Positions 9,663 to 19,178 of a stretch of 64,000 nt of DNA are shown here, piece after piece. The translations under genes were made by a program, and so were the position numbers. The notes beneath the pieces were generated by a model. The model saw only the letters and a list, made by a program, of their open reading frames with translations. It searched no databases and had not been told where the DNA came from. How positions within the stretch are numbered: the stretch's first letter is position 1; every line of letters begins with the position of its first letter. Source of the stretch: a candidate division WOR-3 bacterium (GTDB lineage: Bacteria; Hydrothermota; Tepidihabitantia; Tepidihabitantales; Tepidihabitantaceae); the NCBI GenBank assembly GCA_965648905.1, contig CBFGIT010000012.1, positions 31,209-95,208 on the forward strand. The letters run 5' to 3'.

Positions 9663-9950
9663 CATTCCGCCTGTGCTTCGGCTTCGGCGCTGCTCTGAGG
9701 TCAGCCTTCTGTGTTGGTTCCAGGCCCGGCTTCGAGTGCGAACTCGGGCACGGCGGCCGTATCGCGACTTCATCTGTTTGAGCGCACGCGTGCGAGCCTG
9801 TTGTCTTGCCTGGCCCGCGTCCTGCTTTCAGGTGTATCAGCCGGCCTGCTGATTGATACCTCCGGGCGCCTGGTCGATGGCTTGCTCTTGGGTCTGGCGG
9901 GGGGAGTGGCTCCAGGAGTCGCTGGCAGAACCGAAACCAAGCTGAGGGTC
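9663..9950. repeat. Degenerate 12-bp periodic array (~20-24 units)
   Basis: In 12-mers from 9711: position 5 is pyrimidine in 20/20 units, position 6 is G in 16/20, position 2 is G in 14/20. Confidence 0.55.
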
Positions 9951-10114
9951 CGACGCGCAGGCTCAGCCTAAGTTCTTGTGTTACGCGACGTTGGTCAAGA
10001 GGGATACCGCGTCGAACCCGCCGCGCGATGATGAAGGCAGAGTCAATGAGCTGTGTTGGTCACGGTATCTTGGCTGGTGCGAGCTAGCGGAGGCTGGTCA
10101 AGGTAACGGCAGGC

Positions 10115-10142
10115 TTGAACCGGCTCGGGCGGATGGTAATAT
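10115..10142 (+). promoter_or_regulatory. sigma70-like promoter upstream of tamA
   Basis: TTGAAC-N16-TAATAT. Confidence 0.45.
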
Positions 10143-10205
10143 GAGCGACGTGAAAGTCAGTCATCCGGACGCGTCGAGAGGCTTCAGGTTCGGCGCACCG
10201 CCTCA

Positions 10206-11933
10206 ATGAACCTCGCTCTGCTGCTGGTTATCGTGCAGGCAGCCCCAGACACGCTGGGAGCAGTCCGGTTTGACGGGAATCATGCGTTCTCCGGGCGTCT
10301 GCTCCTTACAGTCGTGTCGACCCGCAGGAACAAGCCCTTCACCGAGTCGGCGCTGGCACTTGACGTTGCGGCGTTGGAGCGGTTCTATCAAGACCAAGGT
10401 TTCTTCGAAGTGCACGTGGAGCGGTCGGTCGGCACGGGCCGGCGCCCGACCGTGACGTTCTCTGTTATTGAGGGACCGCGTACCAGGACCGGCGTCATTG
10501 CCATCACTGGTAACCGGAGCTTCGGTGCCGAGCACTTGCTGAGATTGGTGCCGGTGCGGCCCGGTCAGTTCTCAACCCGGGCGTCGGTTGAACAGGGAAC
10601 GCAAGTCCTGCGCAGCTTCTACCTGAACTCAGGTTTCCCTCAGGTGGCGGTATCGGGTTCGATGGAACACAGCGACTCGGTGGCGACCGTATCATTTGAC
10701 GTGAAGGAAGGGCCACTCTGTCATGTTGCCGAAGTCCGGGTGCGCGGCAACCGTACGGTCAGTACCGCGACAATCGTGCGGGCGACCGAGGTGCGTGTCG
10801 GCGAGCGATTCAGCCAGGGGCGCCTGCACCGGGCTCAGACTCGGCTCTATGCCACCAAGCTGTTCAGCCGAGTGGCGTTCGTGGTCGAGCTGCCGGATAC
10901 GAATCAGGGTGGGGCAATCACGGAGCCGGGTGCTGGGGCGTCACGGGGCGTGGTCATTAGGTTTGACGTTTCCGAGCAGCCGTACCGGTCAGTCTCTTTT
11001 GGCGGCGGTGTGGAGACCCCGCCCAACCGGTTGCTTGGTTCGGTTGAATGGGAGCACAATAACCTGTTCAACCGGGGGCACACCGCGCTGGCGAATGCCG
11101 AGGCGAGTCCGGCCTTCAACCGTGACTTCCGTGCGCGCAGCGCGGCCGCCTATCGAATGCCGTACCTGCTGCTTACCCGAATCGACCTGCAGTTCCGACC
11201 TTACTTCTCGTACGAGCGGATTGGAGGTGCGTCAACCCGCGAGTTCGGGGAGGAGACCGGAATGAGCCGTAGCCTCGCACCCAATCTGGTCATCGGACTG
11301 ACCAACCGGCTTCGCTTCGTCTCGGATACCACGACCGGAGTGACCAACTCGCTCGGGCTGTCCGGGCAGTACGATACGCGTGACGACGTTTTCGACCCGA
11401 GACGCGGTGTCTGGCTGCAGTCGGTGGCCGAGGTTGCCGGTGGCCTGCTCCAGGGGCGAAATGACTTCTACCGTCTTACCGGAGAGGCAAGGGTGTGCTA
11501 TGGCCTTGGATTCGGGTTCGTACTGGCGCTACGTGGTATGGCGGGCCGGGTTGTGCCCTATGGAACTCGGACCAAGGCGATTCCGTACTACGAAGCATTT
11601 ACGCTCGGCGGTCGGAGCAGCCTGCGCGGCTATCCGGAGCGTTCGCTCGGGCCCGATACCTCGATTCAAGGGCGGTTTGGCCCGACGGTCGTGAACGGGA
11701 ATGTCGAACTACGCACGCCGTACCTGGTCGGCTGGGTCGGGCTGGTCGGCTTCATCGACCTCGGAACCGTGAGCCGCGATTTCCGGTTGTTCGCTTACGA
11801 GTACAGCGGGGGCACAGGCGTGAGGGTGCGTACGCCGATTGGGCCAGTGCGGCTCGACTGGGGTCGGCGACTGGCGAATCCGGTGCCTGGTGATAAGGGC
11901 AGGTTCTATCTGGGGTTGCTGCATGCGTTCTAG
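10206..11933 (+). CDS. tamA: Omp85 family (TamA/BamA-like) outer-membrane protein
   Basis: POTRA repeats (GN..F, Y...GF), YDTRD, GGRSSLRGY, TPIGPVRLDWG, terminal Phe. Directly followed by a TamB-like gene. Confidence 0.85.
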   Translation: MNLALLLVIVQAAPDTLGAVRFDGNHAFSGRLLLTVVSTRRNKPFTESALALDVAALERFYQDQGFFEVHVERSVGTGRRPTVTFSVIEGPRTRTGVIAITGNRSFGAEHLLRLVPVRPGQFSTRASVEQGTQVLRSFYLNSGFPQVAVSGSMEHSDSVATVSFDVKEGPLCHVAEVRVRGNRTVSTATIVRATEVRVGERFSQGRLHRAQTRLYATKLFSRVAFVVELPDTNQGGAITEPGAGASRGVVIRFDVSEQPYRSVSFGGGVETPPNRLLGSVEWEHNNLFNRGHTALANAEASPAFNRDFRARSAAAYRMPYLLLTRIDLQFRPYFSYERIGGASTREFGEETGMSRSLAPNLVIGLTNRLRFVSDTTTGVTNSLGLSGQYDTRDDVFDPRRGVWLQSVAEVAGGLLQGRNDFYRLTGEARVCYGLGFGFVLALRGMAGRVVPYGTRTKAIPYYEAFTLGGRSSLRGYPERSLGPDTSIQGRFGPTVVNGNVELRTPYLVGWVGLVGFIDLGTVSRDFRLFAYEYSGGTGVRVRTPIGPVRLDWGRRLANPVPGDKGRFYLGLLHAF

Positions 11934-14900
11934 AAGCCGGCTCATTGGCTGGGTTGTCGTGGTCGTCGTTCTCCTGTTGGTCGTGCTGCTGGCTCAGCAC
12001 ATTGGTCGATTCCTGCTCGGTCGAGGGCTGGTGGTCGTCGGTCGAATACTGCATGCCCGCGTCAGGTACGAGCAGGTTGAGGGCGACCCATTCTCTCGGC
12101 CGGTGGTCCGCGGGCTGTTGGTTGCGCTTGACCGTGACTCGCTCCGGGTGGAGCGCCTGACATTCGGTTTTGACCTTGTCGGACTGTTAAGGCGCAGGTT
12201 CACGCTTTCGAATGTGGAGATTGACAAGCCGACCGTCTATCTCGGAGCGAGGCAGGAAGAACCGGTCTCGGCGTCGAAGCCGGTGCAGTCCGGCACCGGT
12301 GCGTTTCCCCGGGTGTCAGTTGGGCGGCTGGTAGTTGCGAACGGCGCAGTCGTGCTTGATACCGCGGTCATGGCTGATTCAATCAACTTGAACCTGTGGC
12401 TGGTTGCAGGCGGGACGCTCATCCAGGCCGGGCTCGGGGACGCAACCGCGTGCCTGCGTCGCCCGGGAGGAATCCGGATACGCAGCCTTGACGCACGCAT
12501 CAGGTTGACGCACGATTCGCTTTGCGTGGACAGCGTCAACGTGATGACCGGCGAGTCCCGTGCTCAGGGAAACGCGCGATTCATGTTCGAGACGGGCGGG
12601 CTGGCAGTGACTCTTGACAACGTTGTCCTGACGCTGCCTGAGTTCTCCGACCTACCGGGTCGGATTCTAGCCAAGGGCTCGGGCGGGCTGGAACGAGGAG
12701 ACCTGCATGCCAATCTTGTCTATGCGGCCCAAGGCCTGGCGGTGGACACACTGGTCTTGCCGTCCATCTCCGGGCGTGTGGCGCTCGTGGACTCTGTGGT
12801 CACGCTCTCGGCCGCGGGCGCGAGCCCGGGGCTGGGGAGTTTCGCACTCGATGCGACTCTGAGTCTGCGCGATAGTTCATTTGCAGGGCGGGTCGCTGCA
12901 GAGGACGTGGTTGTACGAAGGTTTGAGCCAGCCCTGCCCGACTACCGAATTGGGGTCAGGGTCGAGTGTCGCGGTCGTGGTGTTGATTCAGTTGCCGGAC
13001 GGGTCAGCGTGCGCGTCGTGGAGTTGGGCATTGACAGTCTGTGCTGCCAGGTACAGTTCCGCCACGGCTGCCTGACCGTTGACCAGGCCGACGTGTCCGG
13101 TCCGTTGGGCCGCATGCGCTTGAAAGGCAGCTATTTCGGTCAGGAGCTCTCAGCAGACGTGGAGTTGGAGTCGCTTGACCTGGTCTATCTGTCTAGGCTC
13201 GTCAGGATGCCGCTTGCAGGTCAGTTGTCGGGTGCGGCCAGGGTACGGCGCACCTCGAATCTGCTGACGCTGACCGGGGGCCTGCGTGCCACCAACTTGC
13301 TGGTTGCGACCGTCCACGCTAGACAGGTAGCGGCTGAATTTGACGTCGGGCTTGATCAGGGTTTGAGCGGTCGAGTCGCGGTCGCGGTCGAATCGCTGGC
13401 CGTCCAGCAATACGTCTGTGAAGCGGCGCAACTGCTGTGGGCCGGCCCGGAGTTCGAACTGAGAGTCGACTTGCCGACCAACCGCCTGCGCGCACTGGGC
13501 GCATTGGAATTGAGTCAGGATCGGGTCCGAGCCGAGGTTGAGATGCTTGAGTTTGCCACCGAACAGGAGACACTGGTTACGACGCGGCCGTTTCACGTCA
13601 GTTATGCGCGGGAATCACTGTCCGTGACCGATGTCTCTACCCGGCTGGCCGGAGCAACGGTTGACTTCGGCCTCGCTCTGACTCCAGACCGGTCGCCTGA
13701 GGTGGACCTGCGTGTGCGGCAGCTTGACCTGGCCAAGCTCCGCACTCTGCTCAACCTGGACGTGGAGCTTGCTGGAACAGTGGACATCGATGTCCGAGGC
13801 AGCGATACGCTCGCACTGGTGCTTGCCGGACAGAAGGTCGAGTTTCCCAAGATGGAGATGGCACTGTCGCTTCTGGAGCTTCAGCTTCATGCCAACCGCA
13901 CCAGTACGACGATCGACCATCTGAGATTCTGCCGGGCGGTCGGACCTCCAGCCGTGGCTGAAACCAGTGTCGTTTCCGGCCGGATTGGCTACCGGCTTGA
14001 CCATGGCTCGTTGCTGTCGACGCTGGATTTGGACCTCAAGGCTGACCTGCGTGACCCCGGCGTCTGGGTGTTCTCGTTCCTGAGGCCGAGCATCGAGCTG
14101 CCGGCTGGGACAATCTATGGCCTGGTCGCCTTGCGCGGCTCTTTCGCCGAGCCGACGCTCAACGGTCGGGTGAGGATAGCACGCGCGGCACTGCACGTGC
14201 CGGCGATCAACACCACGGTCGAACGGCTGAACGCCGAGCTGACCTTTGACCGGAACCGAATCAGGTTTGAGAAGTTCTCGGGCCGTTCAAGCCGGGGCGC
14301 GGTAGTCGGTGGCGGTTTTATCGACCTGGGCGCCAACTGGCAGGTCGACACGATGCACTATGACATCCAGTTCACCGGCGCGACGTTCAACCCGCAGCCG
14401 GAAATCTATGCGGTTGCCGGTGGCCAGGTGATGCTCGACTGGGCAAATGCCCGACCACTGGTGCTGACCGGGACGGTGGATGTGGCCGAAGCACTGATTG
14501 CCATCGGGTTCGGCGCCGCGCCCGCGGCCAACGGCGGCGAGCCGGACACGCTGTTTGAGTACGACATCAGGGTGCGTGCCGAGCGCGGCGTCTGGCTGCG
14601 TAACTCGATGGTTGACATCGAGCTGGGCATGGACCTGACCCTGCGCAAGACCAGGGCGGACGAGGTTTATGCCGGAGTGCTCGAATCACGCCAGGGGAAC
14701 GTCTACTACCTTGACAACACGCTGCGTGTTACCCGCGGCCAGATAAGATTTCCGAACATCACCCGGCTCAATCCCGAGCTCGACATCGCGGCCGAACTGC
14801 CGGTGCGGCCGGCGCGCGATTCCTCGTCATCGATGCCTGAGAAAGTCATCCTGACCGTGACCGGGACTCTTGAACAGCCGCTCATCGAGTTCGCGTCTGA

Positions 14901-15300
14901 GCCGCCCGGCTGGGACGAAGCCGACATCGCCTCGTACCTCAACCTGAGCATGACCCCGGACCAGCTCTCGGCCTTGGAGGAACGTGACGCGGTTACTCAA
15001 CTGCTTTCTCAACGTCTCCTGAGTTACTTTCAGACTCAGGCGGCCAAGCGGGCGAGGGGTTTTGTCAATCTTGACTATCTCGAGTTCGAGAGCGGGCTGT
15101 TCAGCGGCCGCGAAGCCCGGGTCACGGTCGGCAAGTACGTCGGCCGTCGGGTCTATGTTTCCTACACCCAGAACTTCACCGGCGACATGCAGCCCTTGTT
15201 CCGAGTTGAGTACTACATCAATCGCAAGAACGAGCTGGTGGCCGAGCGCAATGACCTCGGCCGGTTTGCCCTGCGCTACCGGCTCAAGATCCGCTACTGA
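11923..15300 (+). CDS. tamB: Translocation/assembly module TamB-like protein
   Basis: N-terminal TM, long beta-taco region, DUF490-like end (NPELDI, VTGTLEQP, VTVGKY...YVSY). Start taken at ATG 11923, overlapping tamA. Confidence 0.8.
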   Translation: MRSRSRLIGWVVVVVVLLLVVLLAQHIGRFLLGRGLVVVGRILHARVRYEQVEGDPFSRPVVRGLLVALDRDSLRVERLTFGFDLVGLLRRRFTLSNVEIDKPTVYLGARQEEPVSASKPVQSGTGAFPRVSVGRLVVANGAVVLDTAVMADSINLNLWLVAGGTLIQAGLGDATACLRRPGGIRIRSLDARIRLTHDSLCVDSVNVMTGESRAQGNARFMFETGGLAVTLDNVVLTLPEFSDLPGRILAKGSGGLERGDLHANLVYAAQGLAVDTLVLPSISGRVALVDSVVTLSAAGASPGLGSFALDATLSLRDSSFAGRVAAEDVVVRRFEPALPDYRIGVRVECRGRGVDSVAGRVSVRVVELGIDSLCCQVQFRHGCLTVDQADVSGPLGRMRLKGSYFGQELSADVELESLDLVYLSRLVRMPLAGQLSGAARVRRTSNLLTLTGGLRATNLLVATVHARQVAAEFDVGLDQGLSGRVAVAVESLAVQQYVCEAAQLLWAGPEFELRVDLPTNRLRALGALELSQDRVRAEVEMLEFATEQETLVTTRPFHVSYARESLSVTDVSTRLAGATVDFGLALTPDRSPEVDLRVRQLDLAKLRTLLNLDVELAGTVDIDVRGSDTLALVLAGQKVEFPKMEMALSLLELQLHANRTSTTIDHLRFCRAVGPPAVAETSVVSGRIGYRLDHGSLLSTLDLDLKADLRDPGVWVFSFLRPSIELPAGTIYGLVALRGSFAEPTLNGRVRIARAALHVPAINTTVERLNAELTFDRNRIRFEKFSGRSSRGAVVGGGFIDLGANWQVDTMHYDIQFTGATFNPQPEIYAVAGGQVMLDWANARPLVLTGTVDVAEALIAIGFGAAPAANGGEPDTLFEYDIRVRAERGVWLRNSMVDIELGMDLTLRKTRADEVYAGVLESRQGNVYYLDNTLRVTRGQIRFPNITRLNPELDIAAELPVRPARDSSSSMPEKVILTVTGTLEQPLIEFASEPPGWDEADIASYLNLSMTPDQLSALEERDAVTQLLSQRLLSYFQTQAAKRARGFVNLDYLEFESGLFSGREARVTVGKYVGRRVYVSYTQNFTGDMQPLFRVEYYINRKNELVAERNDLGRFALRYRLKIRY

Positions 15301-17163
15301 TTGCTCTACTGCAACGTCGCAGTTCCGCACACTCATCTTGACGTTTTGACCTACGCCTATGACCCGGTTCGGTTGCCCGGGCTGGCGCCGGGTGACTGCG
15401 TGCGCGTACGACTGCGGGGACGGCGGGTACGGGGACTGGTGATTGAACTGCTGAAGCGGAGTCCGGTCCAGCGCACAATTGCGATTGAGGAAGTTGTCGA
15501 GCCCAAGCTGCTGGATTCGCAACTGCTACACCTATTGGGATGGGTCAACTCGTATTACTTTGGCCGGATGGGGGAGACCCTGAGTTTCGCTCTGCCGCGG
15601 GGTGTGTGTGGCTACGGACTTCGCCGACCCGGTTTGGGCACGCCGGAGGTGCGCGAGACCGCCGAGGCCGCATTGACCGGACCGCCATTGGCCGCGTCCG
15701 GTCTTGGAGTCTGGACGTACCGGCAGGTTGGCGGTCGGGAGCAGGTCATGGTTCGTTTTGTTGGCCAGGTTCTCAAGAACGGTTCGGTGGTGGTGCTCGC
15801 CCCTGAGCAGGGCCTCGACCGCTGGGCCGGACTGTTGGCTGCGCAGCTCGGTGTCGAGCCGATCCTTCTTCACGGCAGACTGAAGCAGAGTGAGCGAAGG
15901 CGATTCTGGCTCGAACTGCGTACCGGCACGCGGCATCTGGTCGTTGGCGTGAGGTCTGCGGTCTTTGCCCCGGTCGGTGACCTTGCCGGCATTGTAGTGC
16001 TGGACGAGCATGACCCGGTGTTCAAAGAAGAACGGCAACCCGCTTTCCACGCCCGAGACGTGGCTGTGTACCGTGGCCGACTGGCTTGCTGCCCGGTGCT
16101 GCTCATTGACCCGACACCCTCAGCCGAGACCTGGCGTAACCTGCAGACCGGGCTCTACCAGGAGCTGAAACTCGATTCCGATACCGTGGGCCGGCAGGAA
16201 TCAGGCGACCGGTGGCAGACAGTGATTGACATGCGTCGGCACCGGAATGATGTCATCGCGCCCCTGCTCAGGCGGGAGGTAGAGCGGGGCCTGGCGCACG
16301 GCGCGGTCATGCTCTACGTGAATCGGCGGGGGCTGGCTCGACACGTCGCCTGCAATGACTGTGGTAGTGCGCTTGTCTGTCCGGGCTGTTCGGTTCCGAT
16401 GGCTCTTGACAAGTCTGGACTGAGATGTCCGTACTGCGGTCGGTCGGGTCCAGCTCCCGAGTCGTGTTCGCGCTGTGGTGGCAGCGACTTCCGGTTTCGA
16501 GCGCCCGGTGTCGAACTGGTCAGCCGTGAGGTCGCACGGCTTCTGCCCGGGGCTGTGGTCGAGAGCGTGGTAAGCGAATCCCAGCGCCGGCTCGAATCAG
16601 GTTCGGGACATGTCTATGTTGGAACCCGGTCCATCCTGAGCGCGAACTGGCCGGACCGGGTATCGCTGGTCGCGGTCGTGTCGGTTGATGGCGACTTGTG
16701 CCGGTGTGACTTTCGCGCCCACGAGCGCGTGTTCCAGACCCTGTCCGGTCTGGTGCGCCGGGCGGCAGAGTACGGTGCTCGTCTCGTGATTCAGACTAGG
16801 AGGCTGGACGAGCCGGCAATTCAGGCAGCACTGTCCGGTAACACCGGTTTGTTCCTTGATGACGAGCTGAAGGGCCGGGCTGCGGCTGTCTTTCCACCGT
16901 TCTGTCGGCTTGCACTGCTTACGTTCAGGAGTCCGGCCTCTGATAAGGCCCGGGTGCGGGCGTTGAGCGTCGCCCGTTCTCTCGAAGTTCACCGGGATGT
17001 TACCGTGCTCGGTCCGGTGCCAATCGCCCAAGCCGGGTTCAGACTGCTGGTCAAACTCCCAAAGGAGATGCGGCTTGACCGGCTGCTAACGCGCGACCAA
17101 ATCGAAACTTCGCGCGTCAGCGTGAGGATTGATGTTGACCCATTCGACCTGCTTCAGGCCTGA
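15301..17163 (+). CDS. priA: Primosomal protein N' (PriA) with degenerate helicase motifs
   Basis: N-terminal 3'-DNA-binding domain, GVRSAVFAP, DEHD..FKEE..P.FHARDVA, NRRG, four CxxC pairs, terminal IDVDP. Confidence 0.88.
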   Translation: MLYCNVAVPHTHLDVLTYAYDPVRLPGLAPGDCVRVRLRGRRVRGLVIELLKRSPVQRTIAIEEVVEPKLLDSQLLHLLGWVNSYYFGRMGETLSFALPRGVCGYGLRRPGLGTPEVRETAEAALTGPPLAASGLGVWTYRQVGGREQVMVRFVGQVLKNGSVVVLAPEQGLDRWAGLLAAQLGVEPILLHGRLKQSERRRFWLELRTGTRHLVVGVRSAVFAPVGDLAGIVVLDEHDPVFKEERQPAFHARDVAVYRGRLACCPVLLIDPTPSAETWRNLQTGLYQELKLDSDTVGRQESGDRWQTVIDMRRHRNDVIAPLLRREVERGLAHGAVMLYVNRRGLARHVACNDCGSALVCPGCSVPMALDKSGLRCPYCGRSGPAPESCSRCGGSDFRFRAPGVELVSREVARLLPGAVVESVVSESQRRLESGSGHVYVGTRSILSANWPDRVSLVAVVSVDGDLCRCDFRAHERVFQTLSGLVRRAAEYGARLVIQTRRLDEPAIQAALSGNTGLFLDDELKGRAAAVFPPFCRLALLTFRSPASDKARVRALSVARSLEVHRDVTVLGPVPIAQAGFRLLVKLPKEMRLDRLLTRDQIETSRVSVRIDVDPFDLLQA

Positions 17164-17956
17164 CGCCAGGCTGCTCTCTGGCCCTGCCTTCGAGCCGGGC
17201 CAGGTTGTCCTTGACCACCCGTGCCGATCTCGGGTCAGCCACCGTGTCGACAAGTGACAAGGCCAGCCGGAATGACTCCAAGGCATGCGTCGAGTCCTTC
17301 AGCACCTGATAGGCAACGCCCAGGTTGTTAGCGAGCAGTGATGACCAGTTTGGCCCGGTGGCCGCCGTACCCGGTTGCGGGAGGGAGTTCAGTGCCTTCT
17401 GGTAGTAAGGGACGCAACTATCGGCGAATCCATGGCTCTGAAACAAGAAGCCGATGCTGAACGCCAGCCATGGGCTCAGCTCGCTGGCACCTGTCACGGC
17501 CGCATCAAAGCCCAGACGGAACTCGCGCAGAGCCCAGTCCGGACTCGCAGCCTGGTTGTAGCAGTATCCGGCGAAACCGTGCAGGGCCGCTGCCTCAGCG
17601 GGCTGGGCGTTCTTGATTAGTCGCCTGGTCTGGGTAACAGCGTCGTGCCAGCGACCTTGAGCGGCGAGCGTCTCAGCGGTTGTGAGCCTGAGTTTGATCT
17701 CGGCCGGGAAGAGTGCAAGCGTGGCTGAGTCGAGCGAGACGTCGCCGAGTAGCCGCGTAACTGCCGCCAGGTCGGTCTCGGTGCGGGACAGCACCGGGAC
17801 CGGACCGGGCTCCGCAGGAGGGCGGCAGAGAGAGCGTGACAGTACGAGCAGTACGCCTACGGCCACCAGTCCGAGCACGCCCCACTGAACGTACGAACTG
17901 GGAATGCGGAACTTCTTCTTTGGTCGTTCCTTGCGAATGCTTCGGTAGCTTGGCAC
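17117..17956 (-). CDS. Membrane-anchored TPR protein
   Basis: Basic N-terminus, one TM, TPR-like helices (NNLGVAY); has its own promoter. Confidence 0.7.
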   Translation of the reverse strand: MPSYRSIRKERPKKKFRIPSSYVQWGVLGLVAVGVLLVLSRSLCRPPAEPGPVPVLSRTETDLAAVTRLLGDVSLDSATLALFPAEIKLRLTTAETLAAQGRWHDAVTQTRRLIKNAQPAEAAALHGFAGYCYNQAASPDWALREFRLGFDAAVTGASELSPWLAFSIGFLFQSHGFADSCVPYYQKALNSLPQPGTAATGPNWSSLLANNLGVAYQVLKDSTHALESFRLALSLVDTVADPRSARVVKDNLARLEGRAREQPGVRPEAGRMGQHQSSR

Positions 17957-17961
17957 AGTGC

Positions 17962-17989
17962 ATCATATCAGTCTGTCCACGACTGTCAA
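17962..17989 (-). promoter_or_regulatory. sigma70-like promoter (leaderless) for the TPR gene
   Basis: TTGACA-N16-TATGAT-N5-GTG. Confidence 0.65.
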
Positions 17990-18110
17990 CGCACGCGGCG
18001 CAGCATCTGGGGATATTCTGCCGAGTTGTGCGGCCAGGAATTCGGGTTGGTTTCATGCCGCATCCTCATGCCGGAACAATGTGCACAGTCATGCCGTTCG
18101 TCGTTTTTTC

Positions 18111-18138
18111 TTGACATCTGGAGAGTGGTCGCTATTCT
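18111..18138 (+). promoter_or_regulatory. sigma70-like promoter for the hydrogenase operon
   Basis: TTGACA-N16-TATTCT, 8 nt before GTG 18147. Confidence 0.6.
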
Positions 18139-18146
18139 TCCTGCGC

Positions 18147-19178
18147 GTGAGCAGATTCACTCTGCCCATAAAGGCGAGAGACCAGTGGCTCGGCAAGCTG
18201 CTGGAGCGGTTCGCGGTCTTCGTCCCTGTGGTCAGTAAGGACCGCGTGCATTGGCATCGCCTGGTGCCAACTGACCTCGGCAAGGCCGAGGATTGTCTGA
18301 CACCGGCTCTTGTCCGCATCCGAGCGGCAGAGCCGGTGAAGTCTTTTCTGTTCCAGCCGCGTCAGTACGTTGCGTCGATGCCAGCCAGTGAGATGCCGGT
18401 TGGTGACAAGCCGCGTCTGCTTATCGGGGCGAAGAGTTGTGACCTGGTACCGCTCAAGGTGCACGACCGGATACTGGGTGAAGGTCAGTTCGCCGACCCG
18501 TTCTACAGCGCCGAGCGTCGCCGGACTATGATTATCGCGGCAGACTGCCCAACACCTGAGGATTCCTGTTTCTGCAATCTGCTCGGTGGGCAACCGTATG
18601 CCCAGGATGGCGTGGATGTGACCCTTGCCGTCGTCGATGGCTGTTATCTGCTGGAGAGCCAGACGCCCGAGGGCGAAGAATTGTTGAATGTCGACTCGTC
18701 CCTGATGCAACCTGCAACTGAAGCACAAATGACAACCAGGACCGATTCCCGCAAGGCCGCAGTTGAGACGCTGGGCCGGCTGAATCCCAAGCCACTGAAT
18801 CCCGACCTGCCCAGAGCTGTGGCTGACCGGCTTGGTGATGAGCAGTTCTGGACCAGGCATGCTGCAGGCTGCGTAGAGTGCTATGGTTGTCTGATGGGGT
18901 GCCCTACCTGTTATTGCTTTCTCCTGTATGACAAGGCAAAGGAAGTCGGGTTGGAGCGGACCCGGGTCTGGGACGCGTGTTACGAGGCTGCCTATGCCCG
19001 AGTCGGCGGCGGTGCGAACCCGCGCGCCGAATTCCTCAAGCGGTTCGCCAACCGGTTCGATTGCAAGTTTAGCCAGTTCAAGAACGACCACGGGTTCTAC
19101 GCCTGTTCTGGTTGCGGCCGTTGTTTCCGGGCCTGCATGGGCAAGATTGACATCAGAAAGGTGCTGGCCGAGTTGTGA
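18147..19178 (+). CDS. AsrA / sulfhydrogenase beta (HydB)-like 4Fe-4S subunit
   Basis: DSCFC, CVECYGCLMGCPTCYC, RVWDAC, CSGCGRCFRAC. Start inferred at GTG 18147. Confidence 0.85.
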   Translation: MSRFTLPIKARDQWLGKLLERFAVFVPVVSKDRVHWHRLVPTDLGKAEDCLTPALVRIRAAEPVKSFLFQPRQYVASMPASEMPVGDKPRLLIGAKSCDLVPLKVHDRILGEGQFADPFYSAERRRTMIIAADCPTPEDSCFCNLLGGQPYAQDGVDVTLAVVDGCYLLESQTPEGEELLNVDSSLMQPATEAQMTTRTDSRKAAVETLGRLNPKPLNPDLPRAVADRLGDEQFWTRHAAGCVECYGCLMGCPTCYCFLLYDKAKEVGLERTRVWDACYEAAYARVGGGANPRAEFLKRFANRFDCKFSQFKNDHGFYACSGCGRCFRACMGKIDIRKVLAEL

